Source: a virus. Taken from it: DNA of 64,000 nt. Under the pieces are notes generated by a model. The model did no database searches. It saw only the letters and a list, made by a program, of their open reading frames with translations, and was not told where the DNA came from. The translations under genes were made by a program, and so were the position numbers. The number at the start of each line of letters is the position of its first letter. Positions within the stretch are counted from its first letter, which is position 1. Shown here piece after piece: positions 47,292 to 57,152 of this stretch. Where the stretch lies: positions 26,869-90,868 of the IMG/VR virus record IMGVR_UViG_3300024348_000017. One strand, given 5' to 3'.

Positions 47292-49868
47292 CTAATCAAA
47301 TTTAAAGAATTTACCTGCCTTTTCATGTAGCGACGGGAACTCCCATTTTAGATCATCATAAATGCCTACTAATTTATTCATCAATGACGATTCGAACCCC
47401 TGCTCTCTATCAGCATACTTATCAATGAATAAATTTATAAATTCAGGATCATTACCTGTTAATCCTATTACATCGATTCTATATGGATTATCTTTTAGTT
47501 GAATATATTTCATTTTATCTCCTTCAGTAAAGCATGGATATTTCTTATCTAGTTTCTTAAAACGTAATAAATCATTATACCACACAGCTGCTTTAGTATT
47601 GATAGGACATTTTAATCTTAATTGTGAGAATATTTCTCCAGTACCTGGTTTGCGTTCAATGTAGGCTTGTATTTGTTTTACTCCTGTTGGTTTAGCTATA
47701 TCTGTTATAGGAAGATCTTTAACATATTTTTTAAAGTCGAGTATGCGTTTATCAATTTCCTTCTTATCAGTACCAAACATAATTTGTTGTAATAATTCCT
47801 CTCCAAATTTACGATACATTGGAGTCATATTTGACTTCATTAGATCAAGACCCATCATTACCATTTCATCAACAGTAACACCTTCTTTATTTACAATATA
47901 CATTGCATAACGACGTTTACCTGCAAAATAACCTCTTTCAATAACCACTTCTTGTTTTAATTCAAGGTAGTGTGTTCTTTCATTCTTTATATTAAATGCT
48001 GATTTAGCAAACGTATTAATAAATTTATTTGCTACTTTTTGTAATTCAGTAGCTATCTCTAATGTTGCTTCTATGCAAGCGGCTTTATCAGTTAAATCTA
48101 TACCCTTAGATATTAATATGTCTTTTACTTGAATAAATAATGAATCGGTATCTGATGTTACAATAAAGTCCTTATCAGTTACATTTAGGTATTTGTTTAA
48201 ATATACATTCATATTTTTAATACTTTCCTGTAGTAACCTTTGTCCTGTTAATGTAATAGCTTTTGATATAATTTTATGACCATCAGTATAGCGCCACCCA
48301 TTAATAGCGTAACAACCATAAACGTCATTTAATTTAATCTTCATAGCATGTTGTCTACGATTGTAGAATTCGCCTTTAACAGCATCACCTGCTTTATAGG
48401 CTTTCTTCATTTTATTTTTATATTCAACACGTTTATTGAACCAATCAGTTAATACCTCACACACTACTGAGGATTTATCAGTACGGAATAATGCTCCGGA
48501 TGCTGCAACTAATATGTCTCCACCTTCAATAAATTTAACAATCTGACCTATTGTTGTTTGGGAATGATTAGTTGATTTATCATCTTTTAATCGTTCAATA
48601 GTAATTAGTTGTTCAGGGTCCATTAGTTTAAGATCATCTAATGTCCAATTATTATCGTATTTACCATCGTTCATTATTCGGCCAACGTACGTCTCAATAC
48701 CTATATTAAGTGAGCGTATAATTGACGGATACAGCGATGTAAAGTCAAGATCAATAACCCATTCATAAAGTCCAGGTACTGGGTCTTTTAAGTATCCACC
48801 TGCGTATTCTTCTTTGACAGCATATAATGCAGGTCGAGTTGTGGTGGGTTTGTTTGGTGAAACTATACCTTGACGTTTTAGGTATGTTAATATAGCTCCA
48901 TCATTTAGTGATGTTGATAGATATATTTGTTCATAAGGCACGTGGCATAAGTGACATATAGTAATTGTTAATTCTATAAATTTGAATTTCTTTTCTAATT
49001 CAATAATAATTTCAACGTCACGAATATTATATTCAATATACTTATTTACATCTTCAGAGAATAATCTATCAAGATTACCTTCATATTCAATTTTACCTAA
49101 ACCAACATATTTTTCTCCTATATCTCCTAATTTGTAAGACGGTTCTTGTTTAGCATTATACTTTTTAAATAATAACATATAATCTAAATGACTTAAACCT
49201 GCTAATGATACAGGTGCATCGTTTATATACTGTCCAAATTTAATCTTACGAAGAGGAGATAAACGAGAGGCCTCACTAGTACCTAGTTGATTTTCAATTC
49301 TGTGATATAGGAAGGGAACGTCAAAATATTCTGTATTCCATCCTGTAATAATAGTTGGGTCTAATTGTTCCCATAGGTTAAGGAATGCTCTTAATAAATC
49401 ATGTTCATGTTGAAATGAAATAATAGCTCTACTATCTTCGTTAATTGTTTGGATTTGTTTATTTTCGTCTAAAATTAAACAGTAATACTTTTGAGTTGTA
49501 TTATCATAAACAGCTATAGAGGTAATTTTAGTAGGAGCATTTTTGATCAGTTCAGGTGTTAAGGCACCTGCTATTTCACACTCAATATCAAAGTAAACGA
49601 TATTTTGCCATTCAGCAGTATCATCACTATCTTTATATCTATCAATTAATACAGCTGTGTTAGCATCTAAATCAGATTCATACAATGAATTATCCTTCCA
49701 ATCATATTTAGTGATTGAATTAGCTCGTTTACCATCTAATGTAGGATATTGACCATTTGGATCAATAATAAATCGGGGGCGAGTATATTTAAACTCACTC
49801 CATCCCGTTTTATCATCACGTAAATTGAATGTATAGGTAGACCTATCGTAATAAATTGCTTGATACAT
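47292..49868 (-). CDS. family B DNA polymerase
   Basis: FDIE and GWN..FD exonuclease motifs, DFTSLYPS, KxxLNxxYG, SDTDS, KRRY. Confidence 0.97.
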   Translation of the reverse strand: MYQAIYYDRSTYTFNLRDDKTGWSEFKYTRPRFIIDPNGQYPTLDGKRANSITKYDWKDNSLYESDLDANTAVLIDRYKDSDDTAEWQNIVYFDIECEIAGALTPELIKNAPTKITSIAVYDNTTQKYYCLILDENKQIQTINEDSRAIISFQHEHDLLRAFLNLWEQLDPTIITGWNTEYFDVPFLYHRIENQLGTSEASRLSPLRKIKFGQYINDAPVSLAGLSHLDYMLLFKKYNAKQEPSYKLGDIGEKYVGLGKIEYEGNLDRLFSEDVNKYIEYNIRDVEIIIELEKKFKFIELTITICHLCHVPYEQIYLSTSLNDGAILTYLKRQGIVSPNKPTTTRPALYAVKEEYAGGYLKDPVPGLYEWVIDLDFTSLYPSIIRSLNIGIETYVGRIMNDGKYDNNWTLDDLKLMDPEQLITIERLKDDKSTNHSQTTIGQIVKFIEGGDILVAASGALFRTDKSSVVCEVLTDWFNKRVEYKNKMKKAYKAGDAVKGEFYNRRQHAMKIKLNDVYGCYAINGWRYTDGHKIISKAITLTGQRLLQESIKNMNVYLNKYLNVTDKDFIVTSDTDSLFIQVKDILISKGIDLTDKAACIEATLEIATELQKVANKFINTFAKSAFNIKNERTHYLELKQEVVIERGYFAGKRRYAMYIVNKEGVTVDEMVMMGLDLMKSNMTPMYRKFGEELLQQIMFGTDKKEIDKRILDFKKYVKDLPITDIAKPTGVKQIQAYIERKPGTGEIFSQLRLKCPINTKAAVWYNDLLRFKKLDKKYPCFTEGDKMKYIQLKDNPYRIDVIGLTGNDPEFINLFIDKYADREQGFESSLMNKLVGIYDDLKWEFPSLHEKAGKFFKFD

Positions 49869-49906
49869 AACTTAAATGTAAGATGGGAGTCTTTGACTCC
49901 CACTTA

Positions 49907-50434
49907 TTATAATGAACTTCTTTGTTTATCGTTTTGCCACTGACCATCGTATAGTTCAGCTCCATTACATTCATGGAAGTATATTTGTGCTACACGAGCA
50001 TCCTTCTCAATGAATAGTGGTTCATGAACATATAATAATGTACCCATAAATTCAGTTTCAAAGCCTGGATCAAATACAGGACTATTGATAATGGCTCCGT
50101 TACGATATAATGATGAACGTTGTTTGATGAATGCTACACGATTTTCAGGTATTTTACAACCTTCATTAAAGGTAATATCATAAACACCTTCATGCAATAA
50201 CCATCCTTCAACTCCATCCAACATAATAGTTGATTTTGGAGTGTACTTAGTTAGCTCAGTTTTGTTTTTTAATACTTTACCAACAGCATTATCATTGAAT
50301 ATATTATATCCAATTCTAGTACCTATTTTTTGTACTGCTTTAAGGGATAAATCATAACCTACTTGTGCAGGTTTACCTTGTGTGTGCTCTAATAGCAATA
50401 GACCTTCGTCTACAATTTGTTTTGCGTTTAACAT
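49907..50434 (-). CDS. trimeric dUTPase/dCTP deaminase family
   Basis: GYDL, QRSS, FDPGF, RVAQ. Confidence 0.85.
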   Translation of the reverse strand: MLNAKQIVDEGLLLLEHTQGKPAQVGYDLSLKAVQKIGTRIGYNIFNDNAVGKVLKNKTELTKYTPKSTIMLDGVEGWLLHEGVYDITFNEGCKIPENRVAFIKQRSSLYRNGAIINSPVFDPGFETEFMGTLLYVHEPLFIEKDARVAQIYFHECNGAELYDGQWQNDKQRSSL

Positions 50435-50445
50435 AACTTTATTTT

Positions 50446-50769
50446 TTATACTGCAAATGACTCACCGCAACCACAGGTTCGTGAAGCATTTGGATTAATA
50501 AATTGAAATCCTTTACCATTTAACCCACCACTAAACTCTAATTCAGTACCATAAAGATACAATAGAGATTTCATATCTACAAGTATTTTTACGCCTTTAT
50601 CTTCTGCTAATGTATCTGAGGGTTGTTGTTCAGTATCAAATGATAAATCATAGGATAATCCACTGCATCCTCCCCCTTTAACTGATACTCTAACAAATGG
50701 GGTTTTAAATCCACTTTCTTCAATTAGTGAAGCTAATTTTATTGCTGCTGTTTCTGATACTGTTACCAT
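50446..50769 (-). CDS. iscA: A-type Fe-S carrier (IscA/HesB)
   Basis: GGCSG, NPNA, CGCGESF. Confidence 0.95.
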   Translation of the reverse strand: MVTVSETAAIKLASLIEESGFKTPFVRVSVKGGGCSGLSYDLSFDTEQQPSDTLAEDKGVKILVDMKSLLYLYGTELEFSGGLNGKGFQFINPNASRTCGCGESFAV

Positions 50770-51077
50770 TATGCATACTTTAATCCGAAGAACTCATAAT
50801 TTTTATGAACTGATTCTTCATCACCTGCTTTAATTGCTAAATCTTCATCTTCATAGATTGCACTAACAGGACATTCAGGAACACAAGCCCCACAATTGAT
50901 ACAAGTATCTGGATTAATATACATTTGCCCACCTGGGAACGCTGCTCTACCATCTCTTTCAATCTCACCACCCGAACCTTCCATATCAATGGGTCCGTGA
51001 ATACAGTCAACAGGACAAGCGTTAGCGCAAGCTGTATCCATACAATCAACACAACTTTTACCAATAATAAAACTCAT
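50769..51077 (-). CDS. ferredoxin (two Fe-S clusters)
   Basis: CVDC..C..ACPVDCI and CINCGACVPECP; start MSFIIG. Confidence 0.92.
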   Translation of the reverse strand: MSFIIGKSCVDCMDTACANACPVDCIHGPIDMEGSGGEIERDGRAAFPGGQMYINPDTCINCGACVPECPVSAIYEDEDLAIKAGDEESVHKNYEFFGLKYA

Positions 51078-51087
51078 AATTTTTAAT

Positions 51088-51498
51088 TTATACGTGTGAA
51101 GCATCAAATACAATTGCCTCTAATCCGTTTTTTACTCTATAATCATTAATAGCTGATTTAATAGCGTCTTCTGCTAAAACTGAACAGTGAATTTTAACAG
51201 GAGGTAAATTTAATTCCTCTACTAAATCCATATTGTCAATTGTTAAGGCCTCATCAATACTTTTTCCTTTTAACCATTCAGTTGCTACTGAAGAAGATGC
51301 AATTGCTGAACCACACCCAAATGTTTTGAATTTAGCGTCAACAATTATATTATTTTCTACTTCAATCTGTAAGCGCATTACGTCTCCACATTCCGGAGCT
51401 CCGACTAATCCTGTACCAACGTTTACTTTAGATTTATCTAAAGTGCCTACGTTTTGTGGATTTGAGTAGTGATCTAACACTTTATCTGAATATGCCAT
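51088..51498 (-). CDS. iscU: Fe-S scaffold IscU
   Basis: GAPECGD, FGCGSA, LPPVKIHCS. Confidence 0.96.
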   Translation of the reverse strand: MAYSDKVLDHYSNPQNVGTLDKSKVNVGTGLVGAPECGDVMRLQIEVENNIIVDAKFKTFGCGSAIASSSVATEWLKGKSIDEALTIDNMDLVEELNLPPVKIHCSVLAEDAIKSAINDYRVKNGLEAIVFDASHV

Positions 51499-51511
51499 GT
51501 GTATAAATATG

Positions 51512-51673
51512 TTAAAGTTCTTCTATGATACCTAATATCTCAGCAACTATAAAGAAACATCCTGCTGCTACCATGTGTTCAGACATTAAAGCAATACCCG
51601 CTACAATACGGAGTATTGATTTGAATACACTTATTTTAAAATGCCAATTTGTATGTGATTCTTTAGGTTGCAT
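51512..51673 (-). CDS. small membrane protein (not in ORF track)
   Basis: translated by hand: MQPKESHTNWHFKISVFKSILRIVAG...AEILGIIEEL, 53 aa. Confidence 0.6.
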   Translation of the reverse strand: MQPKESHTNWHFKISVFKSILRIVAGIALMSEHMVAAGCFFIVAEILGIIEEL

Positions 51674-51674
51674 A

Positions 51675-52307
51675 TTAGAATTTTGTTCCGTTTACTTCGA
51701 TCGCGTGTAAGAATTCTTCACGAATTAAATTTTCTTTTTCCATAAATACGCCACTGAATTTGTTTGTAGTCATTACAGAGCCATGTTTAATACCTCTATG
51801 AGAGCAACATGTATGCTTACAAGCAATACTAACTGCTACTGAATTACATATCATTTTATCAGCAATATAATTATGAATTTGTGTTGTTAACGATTCTTGC
51901 ATTTGTGGTCTACGAGAGAACCATTCTACAATTCTATTTAATTTACTCAAACCAATAACATTTTCAGCAGGAACATATGCTACTGTAGCGAATCCTGTAA
52001 ATGCTAAGTTATGGTGAGCACACATACTAACGATAGGAATACCTGATTGAATTACTAATCCATCATATCCTTCATCGTTAGGAAATACAGTCATATTTGG
52101 TTCATTACTGATTGATCCTACGATTAAATCTTTAAGCCATGCCTTCGCGACACGACGAGGAGTATTTACTGTTTGTCTATCTGCTGTATAATCAAATCCA
52201 ACTGCATTAAGGAAATGTCCATATGCTACTGTTGCTTGATCAATCATTTGCTCAATTTCTTCTGGTGTACGAGCTAAACTACCATTTGATTTGTTTAATA
52301 ATTCCAT
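51675..52307 (-). CDS. folE: GTP cyclohydrolase I
   Basis: TPRRVAK, SMCAHH, GLSKL, PQMQE, HTCCSHRG. Confidence 0.95.
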   Translation of the reverse strand: MELLNKSNGSLARTPEEIEQMIDQATVAYGHFLNAVGFDYTADRQTVNTPRRVAKAWLKDLIVGSISNEPNMTVFPNDEGYDGLVIQSGIPIVSMCAHHNLAFTGFATVAYVPAENVIGLSKLNRIVEWFSRRPQMQESLTTQIHNYIADKMICNSVAVSIACKHTCCSHRGIKHGSVMTTNKFSGVFMEKENLIREEFLHAIEVNGTKF

Positions 52308-52312
52308 TTATT

Positions 52313-52669
52313 TTATTTTTTACTTTCGAAATATAATTCCCTTACTTTGGCTCCCAAAATCTGATCGTTAGGATTGTTTGTAATAATCCATTCTGGTACT
52401 AAAAGATTGTTGCGGTTTGTTCCTGCATCAAAGCATTTAGAACATAATTGGCCTGCACCTTCAATATATCCAATTCTCATATCTACATGAGTATTGCGTT
52501 TGTATGCTGTTTCTACTCCACATAATATACAATGATCAAATCCATCTGCTTTAAATTCAGCATTCAAAGCACAAGATAAATGATCATAACCATTTAAATA
52601 ATCATACTCTACGTTTGAAGTATCATTACCACAGAACTGACAAGTCCACATTGATATTTGTTGTGACAT
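52313..52669 (-). CDS. double Zn-finger hypothetical protein
   Basis: CQFC, CILC, CSKC. Confidence 0.55.
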   Translation of the reverse strand: MSQQISMWTCQFCGNDTSNVEYDYLNGYDHLSCALNAEFKADGFDHCILCGVETAYKRNTHVDMRIGYIEGAGQLCSKCFDAGTNRNNLLVPEWIITNNPNDQILGAKVRELYFESKK

Positions 52670-52909
52670 GTAATTTGTTTTATTTATTTGTAAATATCAT
52701 ATACCATACCTCACCTAATATTCTAACTCCCCAATATATAATGGTGAATCCTAAAATTAAACCTGAGAAATAGCCAAAATTTTCTAAGAATTTTTCTAAT
52801 TTCTTTTTCATATTACTTTATTTTATTAATTTGTCTAATCATGTCTATAGCACCAAATACTGATAGTGCAGCCACTATAACATATCCTAATATAATTAAC
52901 ATTTCCATA

Positions 52910-53749
52910 TTATACGTTTAATGTTTTATTCCAAGCGGCAATATGTAATCTAGTTAAACCTCTAAATCTGTACTTCTTAGCCATTTCAAGACAGAATCTA
53001 GTGCGCTCTTCAAAATCAGAAGCATCATCTAAACCAGGCATACAAACAACGTTTTTAAGCGGTATATTAAATGGTACTACAAAGTCACGGAATAATTCCT
53101 GTACATCGTCTTCAGTGCTGATAACGAACTTAAATTGATAGTTTTTATGTAGTTTAATACGCTCAATCGCTTCTGGATTAATACGTTGCTTTTCTGTCAT
53201 ACCTGAATTAGCTAATTTAGGTGAACAGTTAATTTGATCTAACATATTAAATAACTTAACATCTATTACTATTGTACCATTAGTCTCAATTTCATAGAAT
53301 GGTTTAACATTATTAACGTCAAGATATCTTGACATCCAGTAATTAGTAAAGTTAATAATTGATTCTTGGTGTCCCTTAATTGTTGGTTCACCACCAGTCC
53401 AAATAATATGAACTAAACCATTTTTAATATCTTCATATACACCCTCTTCTTTCCAACGATTAATTAAATAATCGAAATCTTTATCTTCACCTCTCCACAA
53501 CCATTGACTAGTACTATCACAAGTCCAGGTTGCTTTACCTTCCTTAACTAAATCACCTTCGAATATCTCTCCGTCTTCTAATTTCTTTTCTTTCTCTAAT
53601 TGATTAGTGAATGCACGAGACATACCGCAAGTTAAATTACAAATTCCTAAACGAACGAAGTACGATGGAATACCTGATGATATACCTTCGCCTTGTATTG
53701 TGTAAAAGTCACTACTGATAAGTAACTTGTGTGGATCTATTTTACTCAT
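52910..53749 (-). CDS. queE: 7-carboxy-7-deazaguanine synthase (radical SAM)
   Basis: TIQGEG, CNLTC...CDS with long insertion, TGGEP, ETNG, SPKL. Confidence 0.9.
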   Translation of the reverse strand: MSKIDPHKLLISSDFYTIQGEGISSGIPSYFVRLGICNLTCGMSRAFTNQLEKEKKLEDGEIFEGDLVKEGKATWTCDSTSQWLWRGEDKDFDYLINRWKEEGVYEDIKNGLVHIIWTGGEPTIKGHQESIINFTNYWMSRYLDVNNVKPFYEIETNGTIVIDVKLFNMLDQINCSPKLANSGMTEKQRINPEAIERIKLHKNYQFKFVISTEDDVQELFRDFVVPFNIPLKNVVCMPGLDDASDFEERTRFCLEMAKKYRFRGLTRLHIAAWNKTLNV

Positions 53750-53869
53750 TTGAATATTGTTTTAATATAATTAAATATAGGAATAAAATTATGCCACTCA
53801 CTAAGTATTACAATAATACTTGGATGTTTGTCACCGCATATTCCTAATATGTGCATTATTTCGTGCATG

Positions 53870-54025
53870 TTATTTTGTTTTTACTTCTGCTACTGGTTCT
53901 GCTTTCTTAAATTGAGCCTTCCATTCTAATTTTGGAATAAATTTCCACTCGCTTGTAGCTGCGTTTGCTTCTTTATCAGACACTCTGATGATCTTTCCTG
54001 TTTTTGAACTTTTTAAACACTTCAT
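53870..54025 (-). CDS. small basic protein (not in ORF track)
   Basis: 51 aa MKCLKSSKTGKIIRVSD...; GGAGG 9 nt upstream. Confidence 0.6.
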   Translation of the reverse strand: MKCLKSSKTGKIIRVSDKEANAATSEWKFIPKLEWKAQFKKAEPVAEVKTK

Positions 54026-54061
54026 AGTTTATTTCCTCCATGTTTTAATTAATAAAATAAA

Positions 54062-54095
54062 AACATCTCCCCTATCCGTAGACGGGGGAGATGTT
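54062..54095 (-). terminator. rho-independent terminator
   Basis: AACATCTCCCC/GGGGAGATGTT stem followed by U-tract. Confidence 0.8.
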
Positions 54096-54104
54096 GGTTT
54101 GGAA

Positions 54105-54341
54105 TTAAGCAGATGCTAATTCACTGTTTTTCACTCTGCGGCTTGTTAAATTATACATTGCATTAGCAATTGTATTATTTACTCTACGCTTCAAACTTGT
54201 TACGTTTGATAAATGGCTAACAGAATAGCCTGTTTCTTCTGACAATCTTGTTAAATCACCTGTACGTTGACGGTGAGTAAAGAATGACAATTTTGCTGTG
54301 CGATTTAAGTAGTTCGCACGAACGTTTGTTTGATAACTCAT
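54105..54341 (-). CDS. small HTH-like basic protein
   Basis: LTRLSEETGYSVSHLSNV HTH-like pattern. Confidence 0.55.
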   Translation of the reverse strand: MSYQTNVRANYLNRTAKLSFFTHRQRTGDLTRLSEETGYSVSHLSNVTSLKRRVNNTIANAMYNLTSRRVKNSELASA

Positions 54342-54362
54342 AACTGTATGTTTGTTTTATGT

Positions 54363-55238
54363 TTACGATTTATGTGAATCTAATACTGATTGTACTGATT
54401 CTTTTACTTCTTCCCATTTCACAGTGCGGATACCACCCTCTGGTAATTGTTCACCATACTGTACAGGATCGGGACGACCTAGTTTAATAAATGCTTCTAC
54501 ACGTTCAACTGATGCTGCTGATTTATAATCAGATAACCAGATGTCATTTGATAATTTGATTGGCTTGTAAGATGTGTTTGTGCGTTTATACACTTCATTA
54601 AAATCTAATCTTAAATCAAAACATGCTTTTTCACCATCTTTTAAAATACCGAATTTATCAGTATCAAGGTATGGAGTGTAGACTTCTACTAATTCAGAAT
54701 CCCAATTTCCAATCTTAAATGCTTCAAAATCAGCATCTCTAAATTCTTGTCTACAATCAGGATAAATAGCGTGGTCACCTGCATGGATTCCCATCGCAAT
54801 AGCACATGTTTGTTTTTCTCCTTTAGTAGCGATTGATAATGCTGCTGCTTGAATTAATGAACTAAATATTTTGTTTCTGTTAGGTACAACTGTTTCTTTC
54901 ATGTTGTCCTGTTCATAATGTCCTTCAGGAACATCTTGTCCACCTTCTACTAAAGCGGAATTTAGTAATTGTGATAAGCCATCTAATTTAATAATTTGAT
55001 GTTTTACTAATGGAAAATTTTTCCCAGTTACTGTAATTGTTCCTAATTGATCTTGTTCTGCTTTTTGAGAACATCCATTTAGATACTCTACTAATTCAGT
55101 AGCACGCTCTAATTCAATTTTGTGTTTCTGACCATAGTCAAATCCTAATGCTGTTACTTCATAGCCGTTAGCTAATAGGTGTAACAATAATGAACTACTG
55201 TCCATTCCACCTGATAATGATAAAACTGCTTTTTTCAT
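54363..55238 (-). CDS. queC: 7-cyano-7-deazaguanine synthase
   Basis: SGGMDS, FDYGQKH, VPNRN, YPDCR; start MKKAVL. Confidence 0.93.
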   Translation of the reverse strand: MKKAVLSLSGGMDSSSLLLHLLANGYEVTALGFDYGQKHKIELERATELVEYLNGCSQKAEQDQLGTITVTGKNFPLVKHQIIKLDGLSQLLNSALVEGGQDVPEGHYEQDNMKETVVPNRNKIFSSLIQAAALSIATKGEKQTCAIAMGIHAGDHAIYPDCRQEFRDADFEAFKIGNWDSELVEVYTPYLDTDKFGILKDGEKACFDLRLDFNEVYKRTNTSYKPIKLSNDIWLSDYKSAASVERVEAFIKLGRPDPVQYGEQLPEGGIRTVKWEEVKESVQSVLDSHKS

Positions 55239-55245
55239 AACTTTA

Positions 55246-56031
55246 TTATTTAATAAATGATTTAAATCTGTTGACATTGAATATAATATCTTCAAGTTGA
55301 CCGCTCAAGTCTTTTTCAAAATAATGTTCAAGTTTTTCTTTAGGTTTCCATGTTAATCCACTATCACTATATCTTTTACCTTCTGCTCCAACTAAAATAG
55401 GATTAGACGTATCCACTGATTTAACAAATTTCCAGTCACTGTACGACATAAATTCTTGTGGTAATGAACATCCTAACAAATGGTGGTAATGGCTTTTTCT
55501 AATAGTACCTGATTGTACCAGGCGTCTAATAAATTCCATTCTACCATACATTGATGCTTTCAAATGATCCATTCCTGTATATTCATTCTGATAGGCTATA
55601 CTGGAGTGATTGAATGCGATATGTTCGTATCCTAAGTCTATTAATGTTTGATATGTTGTAATTAATTCACCCATATCATTGCCTTGACATACTGCCATTA
55701 AATTAACCCCTTCAGGTAAATTTTCTTTGAAATTAATCATCCAGCTTTTAGCATTCACTAATGTTGTATTAGAATCATTCCAAGCATCGGGTACGATGAA
55801 TATGTTAGGGCGAACTAGATTGATTTTTTCTAATAAGTCTTCAGTTGTATGCAGCACACCCTCAAATAAACCATTATCCATGATAATGAAACGTTTATCT
55901 AAACGTGATTTTTGAAAGAATATTTTATATTGGTCATACTGATCGATTAAGTGGGGTAGACAATAATCATAATTATTCCATTTATACGCATTGTGCATTA
56001 GTGCTAAAGGCAACTCATGGCTTACTTTCAT
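55246..56031 (-). CDS. dpdA: TGT-fold deazaguanine DNA transglycosylase (DpdA-like)
   Basis: IMDNGLFE, VPD, HHLLG, SVDTS; lies between queD and queC. Confidence 0.7.
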   Translation of the reverse strand: MKVSHELPLALMHNAYKWNNYDYCLPHLIDQYDQYKIFFQKSRLDKRFIIMDNGLFEGVLHTTEDLLEKINLVRPNIFIVPDAWNDSNTTLVNAKSWMINFKENLPEGVNLMAVCQGNDMGELITTYQTLIDLGYEHIAFNHSSIAYQNEYTGMDHLKASMYGRMEFIRRLVQSGTIRKSHYHHLLGCSLPQEFMSYSDWKFVKSVDTSNPILVGAEGKRYSDSGLTWKPKEKLEHYFEKDLSGQLEDIIFNVNRFKSFIK

Positions 56032-56296
56032 AGTGATGTAATTTTTCTTTTAATTTATCGATTCTAATTTGACAATACCATTTTCCCAACCAACTAGAGG
56101 CCTCAGCATATCTTTTTTCCCAATACTTAATACCTTTATTTGTCTTAGCGTTTATTTTTTCAAGCATATCTATGTCCCAATAACTGTGGGGTTCTAGATT
56201 TAATTCTTCCCATATACCTTCTGAATGGTATGGGGTATGCACTTCATGGTTAATTTTAATCTGGCGATTGCGCTGTTTTGTCGTTTTCTTGCTCAT
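56015..56296 (-). CDS. hypothetical protein
   Basis: 93-aa ORF. Confidence 0.5.
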   Translation of the reverse strand: MSKKTTKQRNRQIKINHEVHTPYHSEGIWEELNLEPHSYWDIDMLEKINAKTNKGIKYWEKRYAEASSWLGKWYCQIRIDKLKEKLHHYESKP

Positions 56297-56480
56297 TGGA
56301 TTTGGGTAGTATTGATGGTTTGTTTAGTATTTCAGTTAAGGTAGTTATGTTCTTAGATTTAAAATGTTTTGTATTTTGTCTATTACCATTAAAGAATGCC
56401 AACTGTTCATCTCTACTTATTGCATACCACAAGTCTTCATGATGGTTAAACCAGAAAATATAATTATAAAGTGCGTCCAT
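56256..56480 (-). CDS. hypothetical protein
   Basis: 74-aa ORF. Confidence 0.5.
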   Translation of the reverse strand: MDALYNYIFWFNHHEDLWYAISRDEQLAFFNGNRQNTKHFKSKNITTLTEILNKPSILPKSNEQENDKTAQSPD

Positions 56481-56481
56481 A

Positions 56482-56943
56482 TTATTCGTATATAGCAGTG
56501 TTTTTACTGTGTTCCATGAATTCTACTCTTACAACACTAACTCTACCTTCTGTTTCTTCTTGAACAAATGTATTTAATTTCTCAAAAATGTATTTTGAAA
56601 ATTGTTCAGCTCCAACTGATGGTAATATTCTAACTTGAGCTATTCCTAAATTATCCATTACTTTAAATCCACTAATACCTGGATCATCTTCAGCTACTAT
56701 TAATGTGTGGTCAAACATATAATCCATCCATGCTTTAGGATTCATTCCGTCTATAGTACCTTTAGCACGTTTCATACCTCCGAAATCCCATACCCAATTA
56801 CGTTCATCTAATTCACCTTCAAACCATACTCTAAATGATACTCCATACCCATGAAGGAATTTGCAGTGAGTTCCTTCTGCTTTCCATTGACGAAATACAC
56901 AACTGAAACCGTCAAATAATTTTGTTGATTGAAACTTTGCCAT
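56482..56943 (-). CDS. queD: 6-carboxytetrahydropterin synthase
   Basis: HCKFLHGY, VWDFG, FDH, GAE, EHSKN. Confidence 0.9.
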   Translation of the reverse strand: MAKFQSTKLFDGFSCVFRQWKAEGTHCKFLHGYGVSFRVWFEGELDERNWVWDFGGMKRAKGTIDGMNPKAWMDYMFDHTLIVAEDDPGISGFKVMDNLGIAQVRILPSVGAEQFSKYIFEKLNTFVQEETEGRVSVVRVEFMEHSKNTAIYE

Positions 56944-56944
56944 T

Positions 56945-57151
56945 TTACTTTTCTTTTTTTACTGTAATGTTTGATCTGAATAATATACCCGCTATTAAAT
57001 TTAATCCGCAAGCTTCCCAAAAACTAATATATCTCAAGTTAAATATACTTGTTATTAAAGCATTCCATAGGAATTGAAGTGGTAATCCAAATAATAGAGC
57101 TGCTAACATTAACAACCCTACAAGATAAAATGCTTGTTCTATTGGTTTCAT
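56945..57151 (-). CDS. small membrane protein
   Basis: LWN..I..F.L..ISFWEA pattern. Confidence 0.55.
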   Translation of the reverse strand: MKPIEQAFYLVGLLMLAALLFGLPLQFLWNALITSIFNLRYISFWEACGLNLIAGILFRSNITVKKEK

Positions 57152-57152
57152 A

